From the NCBI GenBank assembly GCA_963836075.1, contig CAWIIB010000001.1:1632001-1696000 (forward strand): a DNA stretch of 64,000 bases, read 5' to 3'. The position numbers and the translations under genes are program-made. The notes beneath the pieces were generated by a model. It did not search any database. It was not told the DNA's origin and was given only the letters and a program-made list of their open reading frames with translations. Position 1 is the stretch's first letter, and each line of letters starts with the position of its first letter. Below, piece by piece: positions 50,841-60,561 of the stretch. This DNA is from an uncultured Acidobacteriota bacterium (lineage in GTDB: Bacteria > Acidobacteriota > JAQAZP01).

Positions 50841-50936
50841 CACCATATTCCAGTGGTTTCTTTATCTCGCAAGAACGGAATCGAAAGCGGTGACCTGCCG
50901 CCCTACCAATATCTGAACGGATTTGGGGAGCAAAAC

Positions 50937-51182
50937 ATGGAAAAACCGATCACTTACAGAATCCGGGTGCGCGGCGTGCTCTCCCAGGAATGGTCCGAAC
51001 GGCTGGCTGACATGGCCATCACCGTGGACCGTTCCAGCGAGAAAGGGCCGGTCACCACGCTGGAGGGCCGGCTGAGGGACCAGGCCGCTTTGTCGGGCGT
51101 ACTGAACTCGCTCTACGAGCTGCACCTGCCGGTACTCTCGGTGGACTCTCTGGATGAGGTTAAGGCTGATATCACGCACTAA
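50937..51182 (+). CDS. Small ACT-like hypothetical protein
   Basis: GGAG RBS. YRIRVRGVL..EWSERL...LEGRLRDQAALSGVLNSLYELHL. Paralog of 33118..33390. Confidence 0.8.
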   Translation: MEKPITYRIRVRGVLSQEWSERLADMAITVDRSSEKGPVTTLEGRLRDQAALSGVLNSLYELHLPVLSVDSLDEVKADITH

Positions 51183-51199
51183 AACCAAGGAGAATCAAG

Positions 51200-52012
51200 A
51201 TGAACTGGATGAGGCCCCTGGCACTGCTCTTTGTTGTCCTTCTCACCCCGACGATGGCCTTTGCCGAAGAGGAATCAACGACCGACGCTGACGATCTGGC
51301 CAAGGCGGCCCAGAACCCGCTGGCCACCCTGGTCACCATGCCCTATCAGTTTAACTGGAACAGCGGGGCGGGCCCGTACGACCGGACCATGTTCAACCTC
51401 AACATCCAACCGGTGATCCCCTTCATCGGTGAGAAGTGGAACGTCATCTCCCGCACCATCATGCCAATCAACAGCGTCCCGCTGGGTGAGAGCGGTGCGG
51501 AGTTCGGCCTCGGGGACACTACCCTGACCCTCTTCTTCTCTCCGGCCAAGGCGGGCAGGCTGTCCTGGGGTGTGGGCCCCATCTTTGGTCTGCCCACCGC
51601 CTCCAACCCCGAAATCCTCGGCTCCGGCAAGTTCGGGCTGGGGCCGTCGGGCGTGGTCTTCTTCATGACCGGCAAGTGGACCATGGGCGCGGTGGCCAGC
51701 AACACCTGGTCGGTGGCAGGCGATGGCGACCGTGACGATACCAACCTGTTCGTCGCTCAGTATTTCCTCAACTACAACTTTGGCGGCGGCTGGGCCGTGG
51801 GCACCGCCCCGGTGCTCAGCTGCAACTGGGAGGCGGAATCGGGCAACCAGTGGACCATCCCCTGGGGCGCACAGGTCTCCAAGCTCACCCGCTTCGGTTC
51901 CCAGCCGGTCAACCTGTTGCTGGGCTACTACCAAAATTCTGAACACCCGGACGGCGCGCCCGATGCGCAGGTCCGCTTCCAACTCAATCTCATGTTCCCT
52001 ACAAAGAAGTAG
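51200..52012 (+). CDS. Putative outer-membrane beta-barrel/transporter (family often mislabelled neuromedin U)
   Basis: Signal peptide, DLAKAAQNPLA, LNIQPVIPF, WNVISRTI.P, GLGD, WGVGP...PTAS and terminal QLNLMFP. Confidence 0.7.
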   Translation: MNWMRPLALLFVVLLTPTMAFAEEESTTDADDLAKAAQNPLATLVTMPYQFNWNSGAGPYDRTMFNLNIQPVIPFIGEKWNVISRTIMPINSVPLGESGAEFGLGDTTLTLFFSPAKAGRLSWGVGPIFGLPTASNPEILGSGKFGLGPSGVVFFMTGKWTMGAVASNTWSVAGDGDRDDTNLFVAQYFLNYNFGGGWAVGTAPVLSCNWEAESGNQWTIPWGAQVSKLTRFGSQPVNLLLGYYQNSEHPDGAPDAQVRFQLNLMFPTKK

Positions 52013-52052
52013 TGAACGCAAGCGGATCCAATTGAAACCAAAGGAGACAGCA

Positions 52053-53603
52053 ATGAATCGAGGGATGACCATATCGCTTCTGATGGTGGCCCTGGTGCTC
52101 ACCCTGGGCGCCTGCACCACCGCACCGACGGACGGGACACCGGCACAAACAGCCGCCACCACCGTCGAACCGCCGATGATGAAGTACACCACCCAGATCC
52201 CGTCGAATGTCGTTACACCCGACAGGACGGAGACTCGCCTGGGGACCCTGGAGTTCACCGACGGCTTCCCCACCGCGGAGACTTCGGAAAAGATCTGGGA
52301 CTTCATGGACTTCTCCCGCGCCGTTGAGGTCATGATCATGACCACCCCGGCCGCCTCGCTGCAGGGGTTCCGCAAAGGGATCCAGAAGTGGGGCCCGGAC
52401 AACGAAACGATGATCGTCTGGGAGGGCCGCCTGGACTCCAAGGGCCTGTTGCTGACCGGGAACACGACAGTTGTTTACACCTTCATGTGGATCGACCTCA
52501 AGGACGGCCCGATGGTCATGGAGACCCCGCCCAACGTGCTGGGCATCATCGACGATGCGTGGTTCCACTACGTCTGCGATTTCGGTAACGCCGGCGATGA
52601 CAAGGGCAAGGGCGGGAAGTTCCTGCTGGTGCCGCCCGGCTACGAAGGCAAGCTGCCCGCGGACGGCTATTTCGTAAAGCATTCGAGAACCTACGGCCAC
52701 TGGCTGGCCATGCGCGGCTTCATGACCAACTTCGATCCCGCTCCCGTGGTCAAGAACATGAAGGAGCACTTCCGCCTCTACCCGCTGGGCAGTGCCCCCA
52801 GGGAAGTCAACTGGGTCAACACGGCCATGGAGGACTTCAACACGCTGCACGCCCAGGACGCCACCTTCTTTGACGAGGTCAATATCACGGTCCAGGAAGA
52901 GCCCAACTCGGCGGAGGATCCCGAGATTCTCGGGCTGCTGGCGTCCATCGGTATCCAGAAGGGCAAACCCTTTGCCCCGGATTCCCGGATGAAGAAAATC
53001 CTGGCCGAGGCCGCGGCCGTGGGCACCGCCGCCCAACGCACCATCCTCTTCCGCAACCGTGACGAGAACACCGTGATCTGGCCCGGCAGCAAGAGCTGGG
53101 AGGTCGGCTTCGCCGGCGGCAGCTACGAGTTCCTCAACGACGGCGTCAGCCTGATCGATTCCCGGGTCCGCTTTCACTTCTATGCCACCGGGATCACCCC
53201 GGCCATGGTCAAACCGCCGGTGGGCGCCGGGTCGCAATACGTGATCGGCCTGCGCGACGCCCAGGGCAATGCGCTGGACGGCAGCAAGACCTACAAGATC
53301 CACATCCCACCCAACGTTCCGGCCAAGCGCTTCTGGGACATCACGGTCTACGACAACCAGACCCGCTCCCTGCTGCAGACCGACAATCCCTATCCGGGGG
53401 TCACCAGCATCGATCAGGCCACTGTGCAGAATGCCGACGGCTCCTACGACGTCTACATCGGCCCCAAGAAGCCCGATGGCAACGTGAACTGGATCCAGAC
53501 GGTTCCCCACAAGGGCTGGAACATGCTGTGGCGGATCTACGGTCCGACCCAGGTCTGGTATGACGGCGGTTGGCGGCCCAGCGAAATCGAACTGGTTCCG
53601 TAG
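52053..53603 (+). CDS. DUF1254/DUF1214 domain lipoprotein
   Basis: Lipobox LGAC. ETRLGTLEF.DG.P, LTGNTTVVY, DLKDGP, DKGKGGKFLLVPP, FWDITVYD and RIYGP. Confidence 0.9.
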   Translation: MNRGMTISLLMVALVLTLGACTTAPTDGTPAQTAATTVEPPMMKYTTQIPSNVVTPDRTETRLGTLEFTDGFPTAETSEKIWDFMDFSRAVEVMIMTTPAASLQGFRKGIQKWGPDNETMIVWEGRLDSKGLLLTGNTTVVYTFMWIDLKDGPMVMETPPNVLGIIDDAWFHYVCDFGNAGDDKGKGGKFLLVPPGYEGKLPADGYFVKHSRTYGHWLAMRGFMTNFDPAPVVKNMKEHFRLYPLGSAPREVNWVNTAMEDFNTLHAQDATFFDEVNITVQEEPNSAEDPEILGLLASIGIQKGKPFAPDSRMKKILAEAAAVGTAAQRTILFRNRDENTVIWPGSKSWEVGFAGGSYEFLNDGVSLIDSRVRFHFYATGITPAMVKPPVGAGSQYVIGLRDAQGNALDGSKTYKIHIPPNVPAKRFWDITVYDNQTRSLLQTDNPYPGVTSIDQATVQNADGSYDVYIGPKKPDGNVNWIQTVPHKGWNMLWRIYGPTQVWYDGGWRPSEIELVP

Positions 53604-53673
53604 CGAACCTGTCTCAATCGTACGGCGGGGCGGGTCAACACTCGCCCCGCCAAATTAGAAAGGGGATCTTGAG

Positions 53674-55221
53674 ATGAAAGCAAGAATACTGGTCGTTCTG
53701 GCAATAACCGGGCTCATGACCGCCGGCCTGATGGCGCCGGCCATTGCCCAGCAGGGCAAGAGCATCTTCGAACTCGGCAGCTCGAACACCCTGCCGGCCT
53801 CGAAAGACTTCAAACCGGCCCCCGAGACCGTGAAGACCCGGTTCGGAACGCTGAGCTTCCCGGGCGGCTACCCGACGGAAGAGACGGTGCAAAAGGTCTA
53901 CGACGAACTCGACCTGCAGCGTGCGACCCAGCTCTACCTCGACATGTATCCCGCTCTTTCCATGCGTGGAATGATGTTGGGAACGGTCCGTGATTACGGG
54001 GCGAAGGACTGCTCCCATGTCTCGGTGACAGCCGATCGCCTGGATTCCAAGGCAATGTGGCTGACCGGAAACACCGAAAGCATCTACGCCATGATCGTGT
54101 TTGACCTGAAGACCGACGGTCCCACGGTCTTTCAAGCGCCTCCCGGATTGATGGGACCGGTGGATGACGCCAACTTCCTGTTTGCCTTCGATATTGGTCC
54201 CACCGGCCAGGACAAGGGCAAGGGTGGCAAGTACCTGATCCTCCCTCCGGACTACAAGGGCGAGGTGCCGGACGGCTACTTCGTGTTCAACTCGCCGACC
54301 TATCAGCTCTTTTCCTTTGTCCGCGCCAATGCCGAGGTGGTGGGAACGGGTGAGAAGGCGATGGATTTCTTCCGCAAGAACTGCCGGGTCTATCCGCTGA
54401 AGGATGAATCAAGGGCCAGCACGTTCACCAATGTGACCGGTGTGCCGATCAATACGCTGGTTCCCGAAGATGCCACCGCATTCGAATGGATGCATGAGCT
54501 CATCAACTATGAACCGGCCGAAGCCTTCGGGAAGGAGAAGCTCGGACGTCTCGCTTCCATCGGTATTGAAAAGGGTAAGCCATTCGCCCCTGACGCACGC
54601 ATGCAGGGTATTATGGCCAAGGCCGCCGAGCAGGGCGTCGCCATGTCGCGCGTGATCGCCTTCGACTGCCGCGATCCCCAGGCTCCCGCCTATCCGAACC
54701 GGAAATGGGAAAGCCCGTACGTCACCAACAATTCGACGTTCTACCAGAACGACTATATCAATCTCGAGGCACGCACGGTGTTCCATTTCACCGCCGACGG
54801 CATCACGCCCGCCATGGCGGCCCAGATGCCCGAAGGTCTTGGATCAAGATACCAGACAACCTACAAAGACAAAGACGACAAATTCCTGGACGGCAACAAG
54901 ACCTACAAGCTGCACATGCCGCCGAATGTTCCGGTCAAGTTGTTCTGGGCGGTGACGGTCTACGATCCGTGGTCGCGTTGCTGCATAAAGACACAGCCTT
55001 ACCCGAGCATCAGCAGCCAGCAGAAGCCTCCGCCGACAACCAACGCCGATGGCTCCATCGACATCTACTTCTCCAATGAGAAGCCGGAAGGCGTTGCGGC
55101 ACAGAATTGGGTCAAGACCCTGCCTAACCAAGGCTTCTTTGTCTACATGCGCTACTACGGCCCGCTCAACGCATTCAACAACAAAACGTGGATCCCCAAT
55201 GACGTGGAGCTGGTGGAGTAG
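53674..55221 (+). CDS. DUF1254/DUF1214 domain exported protein
   Basis: Signal peptide. LTGNTESIY, DKGKGGKYL, FWAVTVYD and RYYGP. Confidence 0.9.
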   Translation: MKARILVVLAITGLMTAGLMAPAIAQQGKSIFELGSSNTLPASKDFKPAPETVKTRFGTLSFPGGYPTEETVQKVYDELDLQRATQLYLDMYPALSMRGMMLGTVRDYGAKDCSHVSVTADRLDSKAMWLTGNTESIYAMIVFDLKTDGPTVFQAPPGLMGPVDDANFLFAFDIGPTGQDKGKGGKYLILPPDYKGEVPDGYFVFNSPTYQLFSFVRANAEVVGTGEKAMDFFRKNCRVYPLKDESRASTFTNVTGVPINTLVPEDATAFEWMHELINYEPAEAFGKEKLGRLASIGIEKGKPFAPDARMQGIMAKAAEQGVAMSRVIAFDCRDPQAPAYPNRKWESPYVTNNSTFYQNDYINLEARTVFHFTADGITPAMAAQMPEGLGSRYQTTYKDKDDKFLDGNKTYKLHMPPNVPVKLFWAVTVYDPWSRCCIKTQPYPSISSQQKPPPTTNADGSIDIYFSNEKPEGVAAQNWVKTLPNQGFFVYMRYYGPLNAFNNKTWIPNDVELVE

Positions 55222-55289
55222 CATCGGATCCCAATCAATGCCGGGGGCGGGTGATCTATTGGCCCGCCCCGGACAAAAGGTGTATTTCT

Positions 55290-56753
55290 ATGAAAACGAA
55301 AACACTCCTGATCCTCGCGCTGATTGGTCTAGTGACTGCCCTGATGGCGACTCCCGCCGTGGCGCAGGACAAGCCCAACGTTGTCCTCATGCTGGCCGAC
55401 AATGTCGGCTGGGGCGACATCGGCGCCTACGGCGGCGGCGAGATACGAGGGATGCCCACGCCGAACATCGATCGATTGGCCAGCGAAGGCATGCAGATGA
55501 CCCAGTTTCTGGTGGAACCGGCATGCACGCCTTCCAGGGCTGCTCTGTTGACAGGACGCTATTCGACACGTGTTGGGTTAAATACCGTCATTATCGGTGG
55601 CACGCCCAATACCCTGCAGGCCAAAGAGGTGACGCTCGGTGAGCTATTCAAAGAAAAGGATTATGCCACCGCATACGCCGGCAAATGGCATTTAGGTATG
55701 GAAGAGCAGAGTTGGCCGACGCGTCAGGGCTTTGATGAGTATCATGTGGGTGTGATCGAGACAACCGACGGCACCCTGTACCGGGAAAGCATGGAACGCA
55801 GCGGTATGCCGGAATCTTTTATCGAAAGCGTAGTTCCGAGAATTTATGAGTCTGATGAAAACGGAAACCTCAAAGCAGTGCGGGAATACACCGTGGATTA
55901 CCGTCGGCAGGTTGAAGGTGATATCGCCAAAGCATCTGTGGACTTCATCAAACGTCAAACGAAAAACAATCAGCCTTTCTTCATGATGATCGGCTGGACG
56001 CACTCTCACTATCCGAGTGTTACCCCGCCTGAGTTTAGCGGTAAATCGAGTAGTGGTCCGTATGGCGACGCGATTATGGAGCTTGACCATCGCACCGGTG
56101 AAGTGCTTGCCGCCATTGAAGATGCGGGGATTGAGGACAATACCATCGTCATCTGGATTTCTGAAAACGGTGCAACTCCCATCAGCGGACCTCCTGCCTA
56201 TCGTGGCGGAAATAACGGCCCCTTCCGGGGGGAACTCGGTGATGCCACGGAAGGTTCTATCCGTGTTCCGGGCATGATCAAATGGCCCGGCAAAATCGCC
56301 CCGGGGAAAAACAATGGCATGGTGTCGATTCATGATTTTCTGCCCACTCTGGCCAGTATCATCGGGGCGAAAGTACCTGATGATCGAGCCATTGACGGCG
56401 TTGACCAAAGTGCCTTCTTCCTGGGCAAACAGAAAAACTCCAATCGTGAGCACCTGATTACCTTTATTGAAGATGAGGTCGCCGCAGTGCGCTGGCACCA
56501 GTTCCGCATTTACCCGCAGGATTTTGTTCCCTCCGGTGGTAATCCCGCCCGTCCCGGATTAGGTGGTCACCGCGCAGAGATGAATGGTATGCCGGCTATC
56601 TACCATATAGAGAACGATCCACGGGAAGAGGATAACCTGATTGCTTCTAAAGCCTGGGTATTCAGGCCGTATATGAAAGCGATTGGGGATTACTACAAAT
56701 CATTGGAGAAATACCCGAACCCAAAGGGAGTTTCTCTAACGGAGTTCAAATAA
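55290..56753 (+). CDS. Exported arylsulfatase-family sulfatase (Cys-type)
   Basis: Signal peptide. KPNVVLMLADNVG, CTPSRAALLTGR, GKWH and SENG. Confidence 0.92.
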   Translation: MKTKTLLILALIGLVTALMATPAVAQDKPNVVLMLADNVGWGDIGAYGGGEIRGMPTPNIDRLASEGMQMTQFLVEPACTPSRAALLTGRYSTRVGLNTVIIGGTPNTLQAKEVTLGELFKEKDYATAYAGKWHLGMEEQSWPTRQGFDEYHVGVIETTDGTLYRESMERSGMPESFIESVVPRIYESDENGNLKAVREYTVDYRRQVEGDIAKASVDFIKRQTKNNQPFFMMIGWTHSHYPSVTPPEFSGKSSSGPYGDAIMELDHRTGEVLAAIEDAGIEDNTIVIWISENGATPISGPPAYRGGNNGPFRGELGDATEGSIRVPGMIKWPGKIAPGKNNGMVSIHDFLPTLASIIGAKVPDDRAIDGVDQSAFFLGKQKNSNREHLITFIEDEVAAVRWHQFRIYPQDFVPSGGNPARPGLGGHRAEMNGMPAIYHIENDPREEDNLIASKAWVFRPYMKAIGDYYKSLEKYPNPKGVSLTEFK

Positions 56754-56847
56754 ACTTGCCGGTTATCGAAAGGCGCGGCTTCCCGGTTTCCGGCCGGGGA
56801 AGTACGACAGAGTGCCCTTGACGAACATCGGGCTATAGGTTTCCAGA

Positions 56848-56894
56848 GCAGGCGGAAAGGCACAGCCGGCCTTTTCGCCTGCCCCGGTTTTTTT
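56848..56894 (+). terminator. Probable Rho-independent terminator
   Basis: GCAGGCGGAAAGGC...GCCTTTTCGCCTGC stem with a T7 tract nearby. Confidence 0.55.
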
Positions 56895-57102
56895 GATCAA
56901 ATATTCCTTAAGGCATCGAGGTGGACGAAGTCGACGTGGAAAACAGGATTGCGGAGAAAGCCGAGGAGTTTGCGGCGAAGGAAACGGCGTTGCGATCAGA
57001 ACTCGAGAGAGGCGGCGGGGCGCAGAGACTCAGGAATATGCTCCTCGCCGAGAGCCCACCGGAGTATTTAATGGAAATAAACACTTTAAAAAAGAGAAAA
57101 TC

Positions 57103-58627
57103 ATGAAGAACAAATCTAATTTTGCAAGAAAGGCGTGCAAGTGGGCAGCGGTAGGCTGCGTACTTGCGGGGGTAACCATTGCCGTTGCTGCAGCACCACA
57201 GGACGCGGCTGCAGCCTCAAAAAAATCCGGAAAGCCCAATGTAGTAATTATGCTGTCAGACAACATGGGATACGGTGATTTAGGATGCTATGGCAGCGGT
57301 GGTGAACTTCGTGGTATGCCCACGCCACGCATCGATCAGCTGGCAAGTGAAGGGATGATGCTCACTCAGTTTTTCGTGGAGCCGGGCTGTACACCGACCC
57401 GCGCGGCTTTGCTGACAGGCAGATATTCTCAACGTGCAGGATTGGGAAGCATTATTATTGCCGGTACACCCAGTACTCTGCAGGATAGTGAGGTGACGCT
57501 GGCCGAACTGTTCAAATCAAAAGACTACGCCACTGCCATTGTGGGTAAATGGCATCTGGGTGAAGAAAAGCAAAGTCTGCCCATTAACCAGGGCTTTGAT
57601 GAATGGCATGTTGGGATTTTACAAACCACCGACGGTGTATTGTATCCGGATGGTATGCGTAGAAGCGGTTTTTCGGAAGCAGCAATTGCCAAATCGCAAA
57701 CCGCTATCTGGGAATCAGAACCCGGAAAGGATGTGTTGAAAAAGGTCCGTCCCTACGATCTTGAATACAGGCGGCATATCGAAGGTGACATAGCGCAAGC
57801 CTCCGTGAAGTACATCAAAGAACAGGCAAAAGAAAAGGAAGCCATTCTTTCTTTATGTGGGATGGTCACATGTGCATTATCCGGCCTTGCCTCATCCCGA
57901 CTTTGAGGGGAAATCGAGTGCCGGGCTTTTTGGTGATGCTGTGATGGAACTTGACTACCGTACAGGACAGGTGCTTGACGCCATAAAGGAGGCCGGTATT
58001 GAAGACAACACCATCGTCATATGGCTTTCTGACAATGGGCCGGCTACAACCCAGGGGTCCAACAACGATTTCCTGGGCAGTTCAGCCGGACCGTTCCGTG
58101 GAGAGGTTGGTGATGCACTTGAGGGTTCACTGCGCGTTCCGGGCATGATCAAATGGCCAGCAAAGATCAAACCGGCAAAGAGCAACGAGATGGTAGCTAT
58201 CCACGACTTCTACCCTACATTGGCCAACATTATCGGGGCCAAAGTACCCACTGACCGTGCCATTGATGGCGTCGATCAGGGTGATTTCTTCCTAGGCAAA
58301 AACAAGCAGTCAGCGCGCGAAAGCCTGATCACGTTCATGGAAGGCGAGGTTGCTGCAGTGCGCTGGAAGCAGTGGCGGATTTATCCAAAGCAATTCGTTG
58401 CATCTGAGGGCAACCCGTCCCTGATGGGCGTGGGCGCCTATCGTGCCGAGGGGATGGGGTATCCTTCTATCTACAACATTGCCCGTGATCCACGGGAACA
58501 ATGGAACCAGACTGCAGTCTCTGCCTTTGTGCTCGGACCGTATATGCAGATTGTGGGCGAATACCAGAAGTCACTGGAAAAATATCCCAATCCACCAGCC
58601 TTCAGCATGACAAAATTTGCGAAGTAA
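57103..58627 (+). CDS. Exported sulfatase (Cys-type), +1 frameshift at ~57837
   Basis: CTPTRAALLTGR. Removing one G in aag-G-aag restores KEKKPFFLYVGWSHVH, collinear with 55290..56753. Confidence 0.85.
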
Positions 58628-58821
58628 CGGGGGCAAAAAAGCATCGCATGCTGCGCCAGGGATTATCCTTGGCGCAGCATCCATGACTAAAAAAGAAAAT
58701 TGGAGCATTAATAATGTCAAACATCCTCAAGGCGATGGGCTGCAGCGTCTGAAGAATATGCTCATCGCTGAAAGCGCACTGGGGTATTTAATGGAAATAA
58801 ACACTTTAAAGAGAAAAAATC

Positions 58822-60348
58822 ATGAAGAAAAAATCAAATTTTGTAGGCAAAGCTCGAAAGTGGGCCGCTGTCGGCTGCGTATTGGCTGGTGTGACCATTG
58901 CCGTTGCTGCAACACCACAGGACGCGGCGGCAGCTCCTCAAAAGGCCGACAAGCCCAACATCGTTCTGATCAACATGGACAACTTCGGCTACGGCGAGCT
59001 GGGGTGCTACGGCGGGGGTATTCTCCGGGGTGGCGCCACGCCGCGCATCGACAAGCTGGCCACTGAAGGGATGCGGCTGTTGAATTTCAATGTCGAGGCG
59101 CAGTGCACGCCCAGTCGTGCGGCGCTGATGACAGGCCGTTATGCCGTACGCACGGGGAACGGTTCTGTACCGCTCCAAACCGTGGATTATGGTTTGACCC
59201 AGTGGGAATACACCATGCCGGAGATGCTGAGCGATGTGGGTTATGCCACCGCCCATTTCGGCAAGTGGAATCTCGGCCAGGAGAGAGGGTCGCTATCCCA
59301 CCAATCAGGGTTTCGATGAGTGGTATGGCATCCCCAATTCGACCGACGAGAGCCTGTGGCCGACGAATGAAATGTTCCTAGAAGTGGGCGGAAAATAGCG
59401 GAGGAGACCGGCAAAAATCCGATGATCAAGGAAGAGCACATGTTTTATCGGCCAGAAAAGGCTCACCGACAAAAGTGGTGAAGGTCTTCGATCTGTCGGT
59501 AAGGCGAGAGATCGACCGTGAAGTCACCGACCTTGCCAAAGACTTCATGACACGCCAGGCCAAAGCCGGTAAACCGTTCTTCCTGTATCTGCCTTACACC
59601 CAGACGCATATGCCGGTTTCACCGAGTAATGAGTTTAAAGGCAAGAGTGGCAATGGCGACTGGGGCGATGTGCTAATGCAGATCGATGCCTATACCGGTG
59701 AATTGCTGGATAAGGTAGATGAGTTGGGTATTGCCGAAAATACCATCTTTATTTTTACCTCGGATAACGGCGGCGAAATGACCCCCAATTTCCAGGGATG
59801 GAACGGCCCATGGAGTGGTTCCTATTTCACGGGTAAGGAAGGGTCCTTACGGGTGCCATTTATTGTCCGCTGGCCTGGAAAAGTTCCGGCAGGCAAGGTC
59901 TCCAACGAGATCGTTCACCAGTTTGATCTGTACGCTACATTGGCAAACATTGCCGGTGGTAAGGTGCCGACAGATCGTATCATCGACAGTAAGGACATGA
60001 CGGATTTCTTCCTGGGGAAACAAGAGGCGTCCGGTCGAGACGGCTTTGTAGTCTATGTCGGTGACGATATTCACGGCGTGAAGTGGCAAAACTATAAGAT
60101 GATGTTCATGGAGTTTGAAGGAGGGCATGGGTAGTGGGAAACTGAACGTGTTCCCGTTTGCTCGCTTTTACAACCTCTATGATGACCCTAAAGAAGAATA
60201 TCCCGTGAATGACCACAGCAATGGGCGTAAATTATGGCTACGTTGGGGGACTGGGCCGATTCTGGTAGAGCATAAGGAGTCGTTGGCCAAAGAACCACCA
60301 ATCAAGCCGGGTACGCCTGATCCATACATGCCGAAGAATCAGAAATAA
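58822..60348 (+). CDS. Exported sulfatase (Cys-type) with several frameshifts (~59285, 59380-59460, ~60130); sequencing errors or pseudogene
   Basis: KPNIVLINMDNFG and CTPSRAALMTGR, with sulfatase segments continuing in other frames (YPTNQGFDEWYG; PFFLYLP, TSDNG, EGSLRVP; FYNLYDDPKEE). Confidence 0.8.
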
Positions 60349-60360
60349 CCCAGGCAGTGC

Positions 60361-60393
60361 GGCATGAGCCGAGCAAGGAACTCGGCTCATGCC
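60361..60393. terminator. Perfect 13-bp hairpin (terminator or REP-like)
   Basis: GGCATGAGCCGAG-CAAGGAA-CTCGGCTCATGCC. Confidence 0.55.
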
Positions 60394-60561
60394 ACCTTGT
60401 TTGAGCAAGCGGGAGATTAATGGCGCACAGAAGAGAAGCAGGCATGACGGCAGGAAGGGCTGAACATCGAATATTCAACGAAAACTCGCCATCTTGCCAA
60501 TCACCGCCTGCGGTTTGCTGGCTATTGCCGGCTGCCAAAAGCAGGGAAAGGATGTGGCCGT

